From an uncultured virus (IMG/VR IMGVR_UViG_3300035698_010745) (taxonomy: Duplodnaviria; Heunggongvirae; Uroviricota; Caudoviricetes): 64,000 bases of DNA. The DNA lies in IMG/VR virus record IMGVR_UViG_3300035698_010745; one strand, written 5' to 3'. Below the pieces are notes generated by a model. The model saw only the letters and a program-made list of their open reading frames with translations. It did no database searches and was not told where the DNA came from. A program made the position numbers and the translations under genes. Positions 37,518 through 48,828 of the stretch are shown here, in pieces; the stretch's first letter is position 1, and each line of letters starts with the position of its first letter.

Positions 37518-38144
37518 TCAGAAAATCTCAACTTCTGCCTTCCCGTCCGTTTCTGTTACCTCGCACACCCGGTCGGCAAAACCTCTCATAATAGGATGAT
37601 GCGTCAAGAAAACGACCTGGATGTCCAGCCTATCCGAAAGCATACGGACAAACTTGGCCACCAACTCCACCCGGTCCGGGTCCATGTGTTTCCAGCACTC
37701 ATCAAGGATACACACCTTGTCCGTTTGCTTGGCTCCCATCAACACCATGAGCCGCAAGGGCACCGACATGGTATCCGCCATGCCACCGCCAAATCCGCTC
37801 ATATCCCGCCGGACTTCTCCCTTGGACGTATCCCGGACCATCTCGATAGCCAGATGGCTCCGGTTATTCTTGACGGTGTAAGTCAGCTCGGCGCTATACG
37901 AATCGTCGTAAATGAGCCGCAATGCCTCGGTAATGATAGATTCGATACGGCCCTTCATGGAGCCACGTCGGGCATTGGCTAAATCCTCAAGGAAGGAAAG
38001 GCCCTCCTGGCAGATGTCCAGTTGCCCCGTCAGCTCGATGATACGTTCTTCGAGTTCGTCAAGTTGCCGATGGAGCAGAGCGTTTTCATTCTGCTTCCGG
38101 GTCAGCTCGGCCTTGCGGTCTTCAAGTACCTGTTGTGCGTTCAC
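37518..38144 (-). CDS. SMC/Rad50/SbcC-like ATPase C-terminal subunit
   Basis: Coiled coil followed by GFGGG signature, ILDE Walker B and FLTH. Confidence 0.7.
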   Translation of the reverse strand: MNAQQVLEDRKAELTRKQNENALLHRQLDELEERIIELTGQLDICQEGLSFLEDLANARRGSMKGRIESIITEALRLIYDDSYSAELTYTVKNNRSHLAIEMVRDTSKGEVRRDMSGFGGGMADTMSVPLRLMVLMGAKQTDKVCILDECWKHMDPDRVELVAKFVRMLSDRLDIQVVFLTHHPIMRGFADRVCEVTETDGKAEVEIF

Positions 38145-38980
38145 ACGTCACTCCCCAAAATTATGGCAAGGTGTCCATCATCGTCACAGTTTCCCACAAC
38201 GCCTTCCTTCTCGACGCAAACCTTTAGTGTGTCGAGGCCGTCATTGAACAATGTTCTCACAAATTCAGGACGGAAATGATTTTCCCTCCATTCCGAAAAT
38301 GAGTATAGAAGGCAACCATCACACGTACCCTCATACTCCTTGCCCTCTTTTTGCCAACCAAGCAGTTCGCCCTTGATACGGGCTCTTGCATCAAACCTCT
38401 TGTCATCTTTTTGGCACTTCTTGCATTGCTCCCTCTTCCAATCGTTACACTTCACGCAGAGTAACTGATAGTTTGAAGTATCCGCCGGATTGTAAGATAT
38501 GTTCACCCTTCCTCTGGTTTTGCCTGGCTGGTCATACGTGCCACAGCAATGGTCAATTTGGTGCTGACTCACGCTCTTGCCCAAGAGACCACAGCAAGCA
38601 CATGGGTCTTTCTTCCTGGGTGAGCGGAAATATTCTTTGACATCCTTCGGGATGTTCCGATTTATACGTCTCTTCTGTATGACGTATCCTGTCAACTGAA
38701 CGGACTCAATCTTCCCATTGGGCTTGTCCCTATGTATCGTCACCCACTTACCCAAACCCACCCCGTCCCTCAGAAATCCAGACCCGTTGCCGAAAGTGAT
38801 TCCAACCAGGGCCAACTCCTTTGCCGTAACCGGTTTTGATGTCCCATCCTTCGGATTGAACTCAAGTTCCGGCATCATAAGAAAGGCAACGGTTCTATCT
38901 GACCTGGAGAAAAGCGTCCGAGCGAATTCTTCAACACTCATCTTCTTCAGGTTTCGCAATGATGGCTGTGATTTCTTCAT
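38141..38980 (-). CDS. HNH restriction endonuclease, NlaIII/IceA-like
   Basis: FGNGS motif, C..C...QIDH...YQLLC.KCN.WKREQCKKC...RFDAR...C.GC; adjacent to an adenine MTase. Confidence 0.6.
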   Translation of the reverse strand: MKKSQPSLRNLKKMSVEEFARTLFSRSDRTVAFLMMPELEFNPKDGTSKPVTAKELALVGITFGNGSGFLRDGVGLGKWVTIHRDKPNGKIESVQLTGYVIQKRRINRNIPKDVKEYFRSPRKKDPCACCGLLGKSVSQHQIDHCCGTYDQPGKTRGRVNISYNPADTSNYQLLCVKCNDWKREQCKKCQKDDKRFDARARIKGELLGWQKEGKEYEGTCDGCLLYSFSEWRENHFRPEFVRTLFNDGLDTLKVCVEKEGVVGNCDDDGHLAIILGSDV

Positions 38981-39014
38981 CGTCGTTCTCCTCGTTTGGT
39001 TTCGTCGTTCTTGT

Positions 39015-40010
39015 CTAACGCGGAATCTCGAACAGGAACTCTTTCAACACAGATTCGTTGTACTGCCTGTTGCTAGAGACATCAGCCTTGTACCGACGTT
39101 GCGGCCTTGTGTGGACGGACATCCTGGGAAATGCCTGAACAACATCATCCAATGACATCAACCCATCACTACTATAACTGACATACACCCTCCTGGCAGT
39201 CGTCAGTTCCACAATCGACTGGAGGAAATGGAGACATCTCTTCGGGCTACAGAACACGCTGGAACACTCATCCTTCCACGGGCGAAGTCCTGTCTTTCCA
39301 GCAGGAATTGGGTTATCATTGCGGACGAAGGTTTCATAGAGATGGTAATTTGGGCCATACTGTCTATGGTTGTACGGAGGGTCAATGTACAAGATGTCTT
39401 CCCTCCACGCAGCTCGAAACTTTGGGTCTCCCAGTAAGGATAATATATCTCTGTTGAATACCGAGACTTCCCCCTGCTCTACTTGCCTTGGCCGCAAGCA
39501 AAACTTTTCGAGGGCTCGTTTTTTGAATTGCTTTAGAAATGCCGCTTGGACTCCCGTTGTATTGTGCAATCGACCTATCTCTTCTATTCCACAATACAAC
39601 AGATAGTTCCGAACCTTCCTATCGGTTATCTTGTCAATTTCTAATCTCAACCGGTCTATCATCGCTGCATTTTCTGCCGTAAAATATAGACGTGGCGGTT
39701 CAGAAGTGTCACAAAAATGAAGGACGAAATAGCCAGTCGTGCCGTCTAGCTTGTTTATCCTTTCGATGGCCACATTACCCTCTGCAATCTGGTTCTGTGT
39801 CAATCCGATACTGCCGTCAGACACTGCGGAAGGGAAAAGCATTATGTCATTAGAAACAACCCGGAAGCCAGTCGACGCGGCTCTCCGGCTAATAACACCC
39901 GACCCACTACATGCGTCAAGAAACACCGGCTTCTCCCCCTTGGATTCGGGGGAGGGAAAAATGTCAAACAGCCAGTCAACCAATTTCAATTTTGAGCCAA
40001 TGAAGTCCAT
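39015..40010 (-). CDS. DNA adenine methyltransferase (D12 class, M.NlaIII-like)
   Basis: FIGSKLKL, DACSGSG, LYIDPPYNHRQYG.NYH and VSYSSDG motifs. Confidence 0.85.
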   Translation of the reverse strand: MDFIGSKLKLVDWLFDIFPSPESKGEKPVFLDACSGSGVISRRAASTGFRVVSNDIMLFPSAVSDGSIGLTQNQIAEGNVAIERINKLDGTTGYFVLHFCDTSEPPRLYFTAENAAMIDRLRLEIDKITDRKVRNYLLYCGIEEIGRLHNTTGVQAAFLKQFKKRALEKFCLRPRQVEQGEVSVFNRDILSLLGDPKFRAAWREDILYIDPPYNHRQYGPNYHLYETFVRNDNPIPAGKTGLRPWKDECSSVFCSPKRCLHFLQSIVELTTARRVYVSYSSDGLMSLDDVVQAFPRMSVHTRPQRRYKADVSSNRQYNESVLKEFLFEIPR

Positions 40011-40020
40011 GTGCCGTGCC

Positions 40021-40965
40021 TCAGACTATCTGTTTGATGGTTTCCGCAACAACAGGGACAACCATAGAATTCGCGAACATCCCATATCGACGAGTCACAG
40101 GAACAACCGGGGGGAATCCGAATCCCTCTGGAAACCCAAATAACCTGCGACATTCATCCACAGTAGGCTTCCTCGCTTCACCAATCGCATGATTCACCGC
40201 TGCCACATAGGATATGTATTCTGACGAACTGCCATTCCGAGATATCGTATGCGTAATACAGTTGATGGAGTCTTTTCTGTAAGACTCCATCCTCTTTATT
40301 ACTTTTGGCTTGGACAGAAAATCCGCCGTTGCGTAGACATTGTCTCGGACACGACGGTCAAGAACAGTTGCCAGCGAAGGATGTGACCCCTGGCCAACAG
40401 GGATATCAATGTTCCTGTCTGCTCCGACAATCCACACCCTGCTCCTGTTCTGTGGCACTCCGAATTCTATAGAATTTGAACATCCATAACTAACCTTGTA
40501 CCCCATTTTCCCCATCCTCTTCAGGAGTTTCTTGAAGGTATTTCCACCGTCACGTGTTATCAATCCCTCAACATTTTCAGCCACAAACATTGCAGGACGA
40601 GACTTTTGAATCAACTTCAACGCTTGTAAGACCAATCTTCCTCGTAAGTCTGCCATCCCCTTGCCTTCTCCTGCTAAGGAGAATGGCTGACAAGGGAAAC
40701 CAAAGAAGAGGATGTCCACGAACGGCAACTGTCTAATCGTTGAGATATCATCAAAAAAGACCCGACATGAATGATTCCCCAAATATGTTTGCTTCACATA
40801 GGGGTCATTATCGCATGCGAATTCAACGGTGTGGGGTATCCCCAACGACTTCATCGCATATTCGGGGGCTCCAATCCCCGAAAACAATGTACCAACTTTC
40901 ATAGTCATCACAACACTATACACTCCTGGTCCGTATCCGTGCTTTAGAAATAGTCCTTGAGGCAC
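40021..40965 (-). CDS. C5 cytosine DNA methyltransferase
   Basis: LFSGIG, GFPCQPFS, ENV, PQNRSR and GFP...ANS motifs; start probably MTMKV. Confidence 0.9.
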   Translation of the reverse strand: MPQGLFLKHGYGPGVYSVVMTMKVGTLFSGIGAPEYAMKSLGIPHTVEFACDNDPYVKQTYLGNHSCRVFFDDISTIRQLPFVDILFFGFPCQPFSLAGEGKGMADLRGRLVLQALKLIQKSRPAMFVAENVEGLITRDGGNTFKKLLKRMGKMGYKVSYGCSNSIEFGVPQNRSRVWIVGADRNIDIPVGQGSHPSLATVLDRRVRDNVYATADFLSKPKVIKRMESYRKDSINCITHTISRNGSSSEYISYVAAVNHAIGEARKPTVDECRRLFGFPEGFGFPPVVPVTRRYGMFANSMVVPVVAETIKQIV

Positions 40966-42463
40966 GGCACGACACTGAATCCCCGCTGAACCAGCATGGC
41001 GTTCAACTTGCCATAAGCCATGAAGGTATCCGGCAGCTTGACGCCCATCGTACCGCCCCGGCTGTCTTTGCCAGCAGACAGTTCCACCATCTGGACATCC
41101 ACGTCGCTGCGGCTCACACTGGCTTCGAAATACCCTTCGTCGTTGAACCCGCAGACAAACAGTTGGTCCCCGTTCGAAAGGGTGACCATGAGATTGTCCG
41201 TGTCCACGTCACCCCCGGCCCCAGTGTTCTTCACTTCGGCATTGGGAAGTTCGGCCTGGATGGCCTCGATAACGTCGTCCGTGTTCCAATGTGCTTTCGT
41301 CATCATCCTCCTCCTGGGTGGATTCCCTTTTGGGCCTCGTTTAGTTCGCGGTTAAGCCTGGCAATCTCGTCAGCGTTTTCCTTCATAATCCGTTCATTCG
41401 ATTCCCAAATAGACCGGTTCTCATCCCTGGCCATCTGAAGGTCCGCAACCTGCTGCCGATAGGCATCCTCTATCGTATCAAGATACCGCCGGAGAAACAC
41501 CGGGCTATCTATAACCGACAAGTCAATAGACGCCCGAAGCCACCGGAGGACCTCTCCTACCTGTTCCGAGGAAAGATTCCCCTGAACATTCGGCAACTGC
41601 TGGTTCTTCTTCCAGAAGATATGAACCTCGCACGGCAACTCCGTAGAGGCGCTACCAAGAAAGATATGGCCCGCATCTGTGTATTCCCTGTCCGTTTCTG
41701 CGTTTATCGAAATTATCAGGTTCATGCTTCCTCCTTTATCACTATCACCGCCCGATACCGGCGCAAGCCCCTTTTCGGAACGGACAACCCGGCTCCCCAC
41801 TGGTCCACGAACATATCCATACCCTCACACACCTCCACGATAATGCTTGGGTCTGTGGATTGCTTAAACCGGCTACCCATGGGCATATACTTCCAATCAT
41901 CCCCCACCCCCTTACCAGAAGGCATGCGGTCGTATTCCTCTTGAGTCAACTCAAGCGGGTGGCTGTCAATGTTTTTCTGGTCGCTCACGCTGTGCCTTCC
42001 GTTTTTCCTTCTGCTCGCTTCTGCGGAATTCCAATATCTTCCAAAGCTGCTGGAACCGGTCATGGGCAATGCCCACGTTCATTTCTGCCGTATGCATGAT
42101 GGCCAGGAGTTCGTCTTCGGTCTCGGCCTTGTGCTCGTACCGCAGGGGCCAGTAATGCATCGGCTCGAACCGGGTTCTATCTACCAGCCGGAAGTCTACC
42201 GGCAGGTCGCTGTCGCCGTCCTCTCCGAAGCGAAGCTCAATCATGTCCTGGACCAGCTCGTTGAGTTGCTTCATGTCTTCCAGGGTGACCACAGGCCAAC
42301 CACTGTCAAGGGAGACCGACTTCCCTTCCAGAAACACACGCATCTTGTCAAACAGGGCATTCATGTCTGCCGGGTTGTTCTGTATCACCTCCTGCTCGCT
42401 GTCATCATGTCTTGGCATCACTGGCCTCCTTGGCTTTCTTGTATTTGTATTTGGGGAGTATCT

Positions 42464-42865
42464 TCATGCCCACACGTATTCTCTTAGTGCGGTTCCCCAC
42501 TTCGCGGGACAAACCCAAGTGCCTATCATGTACCAAAACACCGGGCAATCCGGCCCCACCTTCGGGACTCTCAACAACCCATCCGTAAAAATGAGTATAA
42601 TGGCCGGTCCAAGCATCATGGCTTCCATCAGGGCTTCCTTGATACACGTGCCTCCATCAGGATTTTTCAATTCCAGATTCCCCGAGAACTGGTAGTTGGC
42701 CTTGACCTGGATATCATGTTCCAACACCCGCACGTCAAAAGTCCGCATGTAGTTCCGAAGCTGTCCCTCTATAGCCTGTATCATCACAGCCCGGAAACTG
42801 CCGGACGTGTCCACAATTGCTACCGCCAATGGTTTCATGCTACTCCTCGCCACACCTTCGACCAC
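42464..42865 (-). CDS. small VWA-like (MIDAS) protein
   Basis: IVDTSGS, GGT and IFTDG motifs. Confidence 0.65.
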   Translation of the reverse strand: MVEGVARSSMKPLAVAIVDTSGSFRAVMIQAIEGQLRNYMRTFDVRVLEHDIQVKANYQFSGNLELKNPDGGTCIKEALMEAMMLGPAIILIFTDGLLRVPKVGPDCPVFWYMIGTWVCPAKWGTALREYVWA

Positions 42866-44104
42866 CGCTCACAGGCTTCAACTGGCCACGTCCAAATGTT
42901 CTGGCCGTACTTACGCACGATGGCGTCCAACTTTTGTTTCCTGGTCTTCATTGTTCCTCCGATATGTAAACCACTGCCTTGCAATCCGGGGAGGGGCACT
43001 TCCACATTGCGATGCCGAAGTCATACCCCTCGGTGGAATGCTCCATGTCTTCCATCACTGCCAGATGCCCACCGTTCGGCCCATTCCCCGGCCCCTTGTC
43101 CGTCTGCTGAATCATCGCGGTCAAGCACTTCGGGCAAGCCCGTTCCGGTTCTTCCGCATTGAACTTGGCAAACGCGACGGACTTGGAGTATTCGCACTTG
43201 GCCCACCGCTCAAACTTCTCATGCATTTCCCGAGTAATGTCGAGACCAAACACCTCACGGAAATCATCCTCAAATGCCCTTAGCAAGCCAGCATGGTCTC
43301 CGTAAATGTTACGGACAGCCATCTCCATCATGCTCTGGTAATTCGGGTACCACGGCTCATCCTGAATCCGTTCCTTGGTGACCGGCTCACCATTGGGGTA
43401 GGAGGTGTTGGGCTCGGTCATGCGAACACATCTCCTGTAACTTCATCCAGCCGCTTACGCAAACGTCGGTTCTCCTGGGCGACCCCAGCCTTCTTGCCTT
43501 CAGCATAGGCGTCCTCCGCGATGCCGATAACCCAGGTCGGCAGGCCCATCTCTCCCCCAAAGTTTTCCGTCTGTTCCTTCAGGACCCGTTTGAGCGTCTT
43601 GGGCTTACTCGCTTTCATAAGTGCTCCACCCATCTATGCAGCAATCCGCTCTCCACGAGCCGCCATGCTCGCCAACCAGTTCCGACAACACGCCCGCTGG
43701 GGATGGGGTATCGTTGTCCGCCGCTATCTCTGAGAAATACTGATTGCCATCCGGGAACCACTTGCGCCAGTCGCTATAGGTGGTCTCGAACGAAATAGGT
43801 ACCGCCCCACCCGCAATCAAGAAGACACCCGGCCCATCATCCTCGTCCGTATTGACGCCGACCAGGACGTGCTCCACGCCACACTCCCGCAAGAAGTCAA
43901 TCACCTTACCCCGGAAGCAATTATTCTTCCCGTTCCCACACACGGTGCCGTTATCCCTCAACTCGTCCAGAGTCAAGAGACACAGGGCTTCATCCCCGGC
44001 ACCCATCATCAATGCGTCATCCTTCAGCTTCTCGCCGTGCGGGTGGCTCGCGATGAAGTCCTTGGCCGCTTGTGTGAGTCTAGGTATGTCTTGCTTCGTT
44101 ATTT

Positions 44105-46045
44105 TCACGCCATCATCCCCTCAAGCTGGTCTTCGCTGATGCACTCGGTGCCAAGCTTCCGGGCCTTCATGGCCTTGCTGCTCGTGCTCGCCGGGTCGGC
44201 TATCACAAGATGGGTCAACCCTTTGCCCACGCTGGACTTTACTTCGCCACCCGCAGCCTCGATACGCACGGCCATGTCGGCTCGCTTCGTACCGGAGGGC
44301 AACGCCCCCGTCAGGCAGAAACTCTTACCCACCAGCGGCCCGTTGTTGTCTTCCACCTCAAGGATGTCGATGCACTCAATCACGCGGTCAATCGTTTCCT
44401 TCATCTGGTTTAGCCCGTCGATGATGTTCTGTGCCACGGTGCCACCCACCCCGTCAATCGTGGACAACTTCGACATAGCATCCGGGGACTCAACCACCTT
44501 GCGCAAAGTTTCAAACCTGTTGAACTTCTTGGCAACCAGCTTCGAGGTCGTGCGGCCCAGGTTGTGGATGCCGAGGGCTGAGAGGAACTGCCACAATGGT
44601 ATTTCGTTCTTCTCAAGTATCAGCTCCACAATGCGTCCCGGCATTGTATTCCCGGAAACAACCGTCGCCACCTTGCCGGGGGTCAGGTAGTACAGGTCGG
44701 CAATGTCCTTCACTATGCCGCTTGAGCACAGGGCCGTCACGGCTGCCGGGCCAATGCCCAGGATGTCCAACCGGTTTATCCAGTGTTCGATTCTCGCTTC
44801 GAGCTTGGCCGGGCAAGCCGGGTTGTCGCACCACAAGCTAACCTGCTTGTCATCCAGTCGGAGAACCGAGTCACAAGATGGGCAATTCGTGGTGTGCTGC
44901 CAGCAATCATCGCTGTTGTGTTTCGTTACCCGTATCACCTGCGGGATGATGTCCCCGGCCTTTTCAATGAGGACCTCGTCGCCCACGTTAATACCCAGCT
45001 CCATGACCCGCCCGTAATTGTGAAGGGTGAGGTTGCTGATGGTGCTGCCTGCGAGGTAGGTCGGCTCAATCCGGCACATCGGGGTTGCCCGTCCGGTCCG
45101 GCCCATCTGGACGTCAATGCCGAGGTTCACGGCAAGCGCCTGCTCGGGCTTGAACTTGAACGCCATCTTGCCACGGGGGCACTTGCCACTCCATCCGGCA
45201 TCCTGCTGGTCCTCAATTGACACAAGAGCCGCCACAAGTCCGTCAATCTCGTAATCCAGTTCGGAGCGCTTGGCTTCCCACTCAAGGGCCACTGCGGCGA
45301 AGCGGTCAACCGTAATGGTCTGCATCTCCACGGGATTCAGGCCCGGTAGATTCACGCGACCCCACAAACGCTTTTCACGCTCGGTTTCAAATTCCTCTTC
45401 CCTGCTCGCATCGTACCACGTGAAGTCCAGTTTGCGGCTGCCCGTGACCTTGGGGTCTTGGCATGTCAAGGAACCGGATGCCGCGTTACGTGGGTTGGCG
45501 AAGGTCTTTTCCCCTGCCGCCCGGAGCCGGTCATTCACGGCATCAAACGCGGAGCGGGGCATGAACACCTCGCCACGCACTTCGCCCGTAAAGTCGTTCG
45601 ACAGGTTGTTCGGGATGGCCTGCATGGCCCGGATGTTGTCAATGATGTTCTGGCCAACCTCACCGTTACCACGTGTGGCCGCTTCTGCAAGCCTGCCCTT
45701 AACGTAGTTCAGGCGCACGGCCAAGCCATCCATCTTCGGGGATACGGCAACCGTTGGGGTCGTGCTCGTATCCGTAGTGTAAGTCCTGGCCCATGCCTCA
45801 ATCTCGGAAGATTCCTTCGTCTTGTCAAGGGAGCCCATGAGGCTTACGTGTTTGACCTTCTGCCCGTAAGAGGGCACCGAGCCCACATCTCCGAGCACGG
45901 CGCTATCCGGGGCAAGTGACCGCAACTCGTCAACGAGTGCGTCAAACTCGGCATCGGTAATTTCCGGCTGCGCCTTGTTGAAGTACAGGTCCGAATGGTA
46001 TCGTATCTGGTCTTCCAGGTCTCTGATTTTCTCTTGTATATCCAT
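44105..46045 (-). CDS. ligA: NAD-dependent DNA ligase
   Basis: KMDG adenylation motif, ATRGNG, EVRGEV, NPRNAASG, IDGLV, Zn finger, HhH repeats and C-terminal BRCT. Confidence 0.95.
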   Translation of the reverse strand: MDIQEKIRDLEDQIRYHSDLYFNKAQPEITDAEFDALVDELRSLAPDSAVLGDVGSVPSYGQKVKHVSLMGSLDKTKESSEIEAWARTYTTDTSTTPTVAVSPKMDGLAVRLNYVKGRLAEAATRGNGEVGQNIIDNIRAMQAIPNNLSNDFTGEVRGEVFMPRSAFDAVNDRLRAAGEKTFANPRNAASGSLTCQDPKVTGSRKLDFTWYDASREEEFETEREKRLWGRVNLPGLNPVEMQTITVDRFAAVALEWEAKRSELDYEIDGLVAALVSIEDQQDAGWSGKCPRGKMAFKFKPEQALAVNLGIDVQMGRTGRATPMCRIEPTYLAGSTISNLTLHNYGRVMELGINVGDEVLIEKAGDIIPQVIRVTKHNSDDCWQHTTNCPSCDSVLRLDDKQVSLWCDNPACPAKLEARIEHWINRLDILGIGPAAVTALCSSGIVKDIADLYYLTPGKVATVVSGNTMPGRIVELILEKNEIPLWQFLSALGIHNLGRTTSKLVAKKFNRFETLRKVVESPDAMSKLSTIDGVGGTVAQNIIDGLNQMKETIDRVIECIDILEVEDNNGPLVGKSFCLTGALPSGTKRADMAVRIEAAGGEVKSSVGKGLTHLVIADPASTSSKAMKARKLGTECISEDQLEGMMA

Positions 46046-46063
46046 GTATTCCTCCTATCCCTA

Positions 46064-46090
46064 CATTGCGCGGCACCGTCGATATTCTGA
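46064..46090 (-). promoter_or_regulatory. class-1 phage promoter motif TCAGAAT-N14-GCAATG
   Basis: Exact match upstream of ligA. Confidence 0.75.
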
Positions 46091-46149
46091 ACAAATCGAG
46101 GCCCCGGCCAAGGTTTCTCTCCTTGGCGGGGGCCTTTAAGATTCTCCCT

Positions 46150-47268
46150 TTACGCGGTTACTTCGGCCTCGGCCTTCACCTTGTACAGTCCCCGGCCTAC
46201 CTTCTCAATGCGGGAGCCTTCCTGCGCTGACTTGCGCTGGAGCATCCCCCGCACGGAGGCTACCGACTCGGCGCATTCGGTGTATTCCCCTGCGGCAACC
46301 ATCGCGGCCACGATGTCCCGGTAGTTCATCACCTCACCCGCCTTGACCAACACGTCAACCGCCGCGTCGTACATCGTCGGGCCACGGGGTGTCTTGGCCT
46401 TGCCACTGACGCGCTTAATCTTGCCTGCCGACCCGGCCTGAAGCTCGGTCAACTTGTGGGCTACCGTCTTCACCGCTTCGGCGATGCGCTCGGAGATGGA
46501 CTCGTGCTCGGCTTCCTGTCCGAGCAGGTCAGTGTAAATATCCATCATGTTCTGGAGGCCCATGATGGTCGCCTGCTGGCCCTTGATGGCCTTGGTGCCG
46601 CGCTCGATACTCTCTACCCTGGTCAATGCCTTGTCCAGCTCGGCCCCGATTTCGGCTTCAACCGCCGTCCACACGTTCTGGCGCTCGCGGGGTCCGTCAA
46701 CCACTCCCTCTCTATAGAGGTGGGCACCACACTTCATCTCGGTGAGCACGGCCTGGGCCTTTTCGATAAGGCCCGTAAACCGCGCAGGGATAAAGTAAAT
46801 CCCGCCGGAGGGGCGCTTCGCCACACCCTTGCAATCGCGGATAATCTGGCGGAGGAAGATGCGCACGTCTTCGTCTGTGACCTTGCCCGTGTAATGCTCA
46901 ACGGCTGTCTCGGCGGCTTCGGCCAAGGCACCTTCCGCTCTCACCGCCCCCGTCTCCTTGGTAAGGCGCACGGTCGTCTGCTGCTTAAACTCGACCGTCT
47001 CGGCGTCCACGTGGCCCTCTTGCAAAATGCCGTAGGTCACAATCTCGCCGTTATCACCCGTGGGACGGGCAATCGTCTGCTGGTCCTTCACCCGGCGGTC
47101 CTGCAACGACCGACATCCCCGGACCATCTCTTTCCTACGGGTCGGGGTCTTCATTCGGTCAGCGGTAAAACCGTTGGATTCCAGGGCCGCATGGGCGACT
47201 TGCACGTCCACGGCTGTTTCCGGTACGTGCCACCACACATTAACTCCAAATTTGCCACCACCACTCAT
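46150..47268 (-). CDS. hypothetical protein with C-terminal winged-helix (HARE-HTH-like) domain
   Basis: RPSGGIYFIP motif; TMYDAAVDVL...MNYRDI...EKVGRGLYK. Confidence 0.6.
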   Translation of the reverse strand: MSGGGKFGVNVWWHVPETAVDVQVAHAALESNGFTADRMKTPTRRKEMVRGCRSLQDRRVKDQQTIARPTGDNGEIVTYGILQEGHVDAETVEFKQQTTVRLTKETGAVRAEGALAEAAETAVEHYTGKVTDEDVRIFLRQIIRDCKGVAKRPSGGIYFIPARFTGLIEKAQAVLTEMKCGAHLYREGVVDGPRERQNVWTAVEAEIGAELDKALTRVESIERGTKAIKGQQATIMGLQNMMDIYTDLLGQEAEHESISERIAEAVKTVAHKLTELQAGSAGKIKRVSGKAKTPRGPTMYDAAVDVLVKAGEVMNYRDIVAAMVAAGEYTECAESVASVRGMLQRKSAQEGSRIEKVGRGLYKVKAEAEVTA

Positions 47269-47310
47269 GTTCTGCCTCCTTCGTTGTTTGATACTTGCTG
47301 CATATCCCTA

Positions 47311-47337
47311 CATTGCGAAAGCGCATCAGGATTCTGA
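47311..47337 (-). promoter_or_regulatory. class-1 phage promoter motif TCAGAAT-N14-GCAATG
   Basis: Exact match. Confidence 0.75.
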
Positions 47338-47675
47338 ATGTTTCTTCTCGGCAAAAGCTTCCATTGCATCATAGATGGATGATGGGCCATCCCACTTCCA
47401 TTCAAAAAAGGGCATAAATCCCCGGTTCGTAGCAAATTCCTTCCGAATCCCGTCGTAGCTTCCAATGGTATATTCGCTGATTTTAATCGCACCGAACGCT
47501 GGCTTGCTAAATGCGTCGGCCAGAGCCTCCACTCGGCTCACGGCCCAGTCCACCCCGTTACGCATGGCCTGGGTGTCGTCGTCGGCCAGGAATATCTGCT
47601 GGAGGCTCATGCCCACACGACGGCCATTGCCGTCAATATAGGTCATCTCGAAATCCACCTCGTATGCGGATAAGG

Positions 47676-48146
47676 TCATCCGGCCTCCCCCTCAATATTC
47701 CCGCGAATTACCGTGGCCCTGGAGTCACGCTCGAACCGCATGACCTGGGAGGCAATCACGTTGGCCGGGACATCGTGCTGGTTGCGACTAGCGCATACCT
47801 TCATCTCGGCCACGGAGTGCGGGACAATCTCGATGACTTCCACTTTGTACCCGGCGAGCTTAGCGGCCAGCTCGTAATTCCGGTACTCCCACCTGCGGGT
47901 GTGGGTGTTGTCCACCACAATGCACTCGTGCTCCAGCATCAGGGCGCTCAGGACCTGATACATGCATTCTGAATGAGCTTGGGGCAACTTGCCCACATCA
48001 AAGACATATTCGCCCTCCTGCATGAAATAATCATCAGCACTACAGACCACGGCCTGCGAGAAAGACGAGTTCTTTACGATGTGGTTCTGGATGTAGTGGC
48101 CTTTCCCAGCCCCGGACGGCCCTCTAATAATAAACAGTGTTTTCAT
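47676..48146 (-). CDS. P-loop kinase (AAA_33/N4BP2-like, polynucleotide-kinase-like)
   Basis: RGPSGAGK, CSADDYF, AHSEC, VVDNT and RNQHDVP motifs. Confidence 0.8.
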   Translation of the reverse strand: MKTLFIIRGPSGAGKGHYIQNHIVKNSSFSQAVVCSADDYFMQEGEYVFDVGKLPQAHSECMYQVLSALMLEHECIVVDNTHTRRWEYRNYELAAKLAGYKVEVIEIVPHSVAEMKVCASRNQHDVPANVIASQVMRFERDSRATVIRGNIEGEAG

Positions 48147-48223
48147 AGCCCTCTCTTTATATTACTCCTACGCTCCATATCCGGGACCCCTAAAAAATGC
48201 TTCCGGGGTATCCTCAAGCCATT

Positions 48224-48250
48224 CATTGCGGGAGGAGGGGTGGATTCTGA
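48224..48250 (-). promoter_or_regulatory. class-1 phage promoter motif TCAGAAT-N14-GCAATG
   Basis: Exact match. Confidence 0.7.
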
Positions 48251-48272
48251 AAGGAATACGGGAGAAGGAAAT

Positions 48273-48761
48273 TCAGGCTTTAGCCTTGGCCTTAGCCTTA
48301 CCCTTGGCCCTGGAGGGCTTATCCGTGTCTTTCATGCGCCATGTTCTTCGGCGTGGGATTTCTTTTCCAAGGAGGAACTCTATGGTGCGAAAGGTCTTAG
48401 GCCGGGTGCGGGACAAAACGTCGTCAACCGTTTCTCCGTAAAAATCCGTACAATCCCGCATTTGACCGAATAGCTCTTCGTCGCTCAGCTCCGGCCCCAG
48501 GTCACCATAAACAAAGACCACGCTCCCGAAGATGCTACCATTGACCTTGACAATGGCTACGGGCTCATCGAAACAAAAAAGCTGACCCTTAATGGTCAGC
48601 ACGACTTTATTCTTGAAGATATCCCGCAATACTTGCTCGACGACCCCGGCATGTTCCTTGCCGGTACGGGAACGCGAGAATTTCACCTCGCGGTTAAGAA
48701 GGTGGTATATAAGATAGCGATTATGCTCAGAAACATCAATTGCGTGAGCCGGTGCAATCAT
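48273..48761 (-). CDS. hypothetical protein
   Basis: 162-aa ORF with AAGGAG RBS. Confidence 0.65.
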   Translation of the reverse strand: MIAPAHAIDVSEHNRYLIYHLLNREVKFSRSRTGKEHAGVVEQVLRDIFKNKVVLTIKGQLFCFDEPVAIVKVNGSIFGSVVFVYGDLGPELSDEELFGQMRDCTDFYGETVDDVLSRTRPKTFRTIEFLLGKEIPRRRTWRMKDTDKPSRAKGKAKAKAKA

Positions 48762-48828
48762 AGATTCTCCTTATCTCGACGCCACGATATCAGAAGAGCG
48801 AAAAAATACGCAAGGGAAAATATACAGA

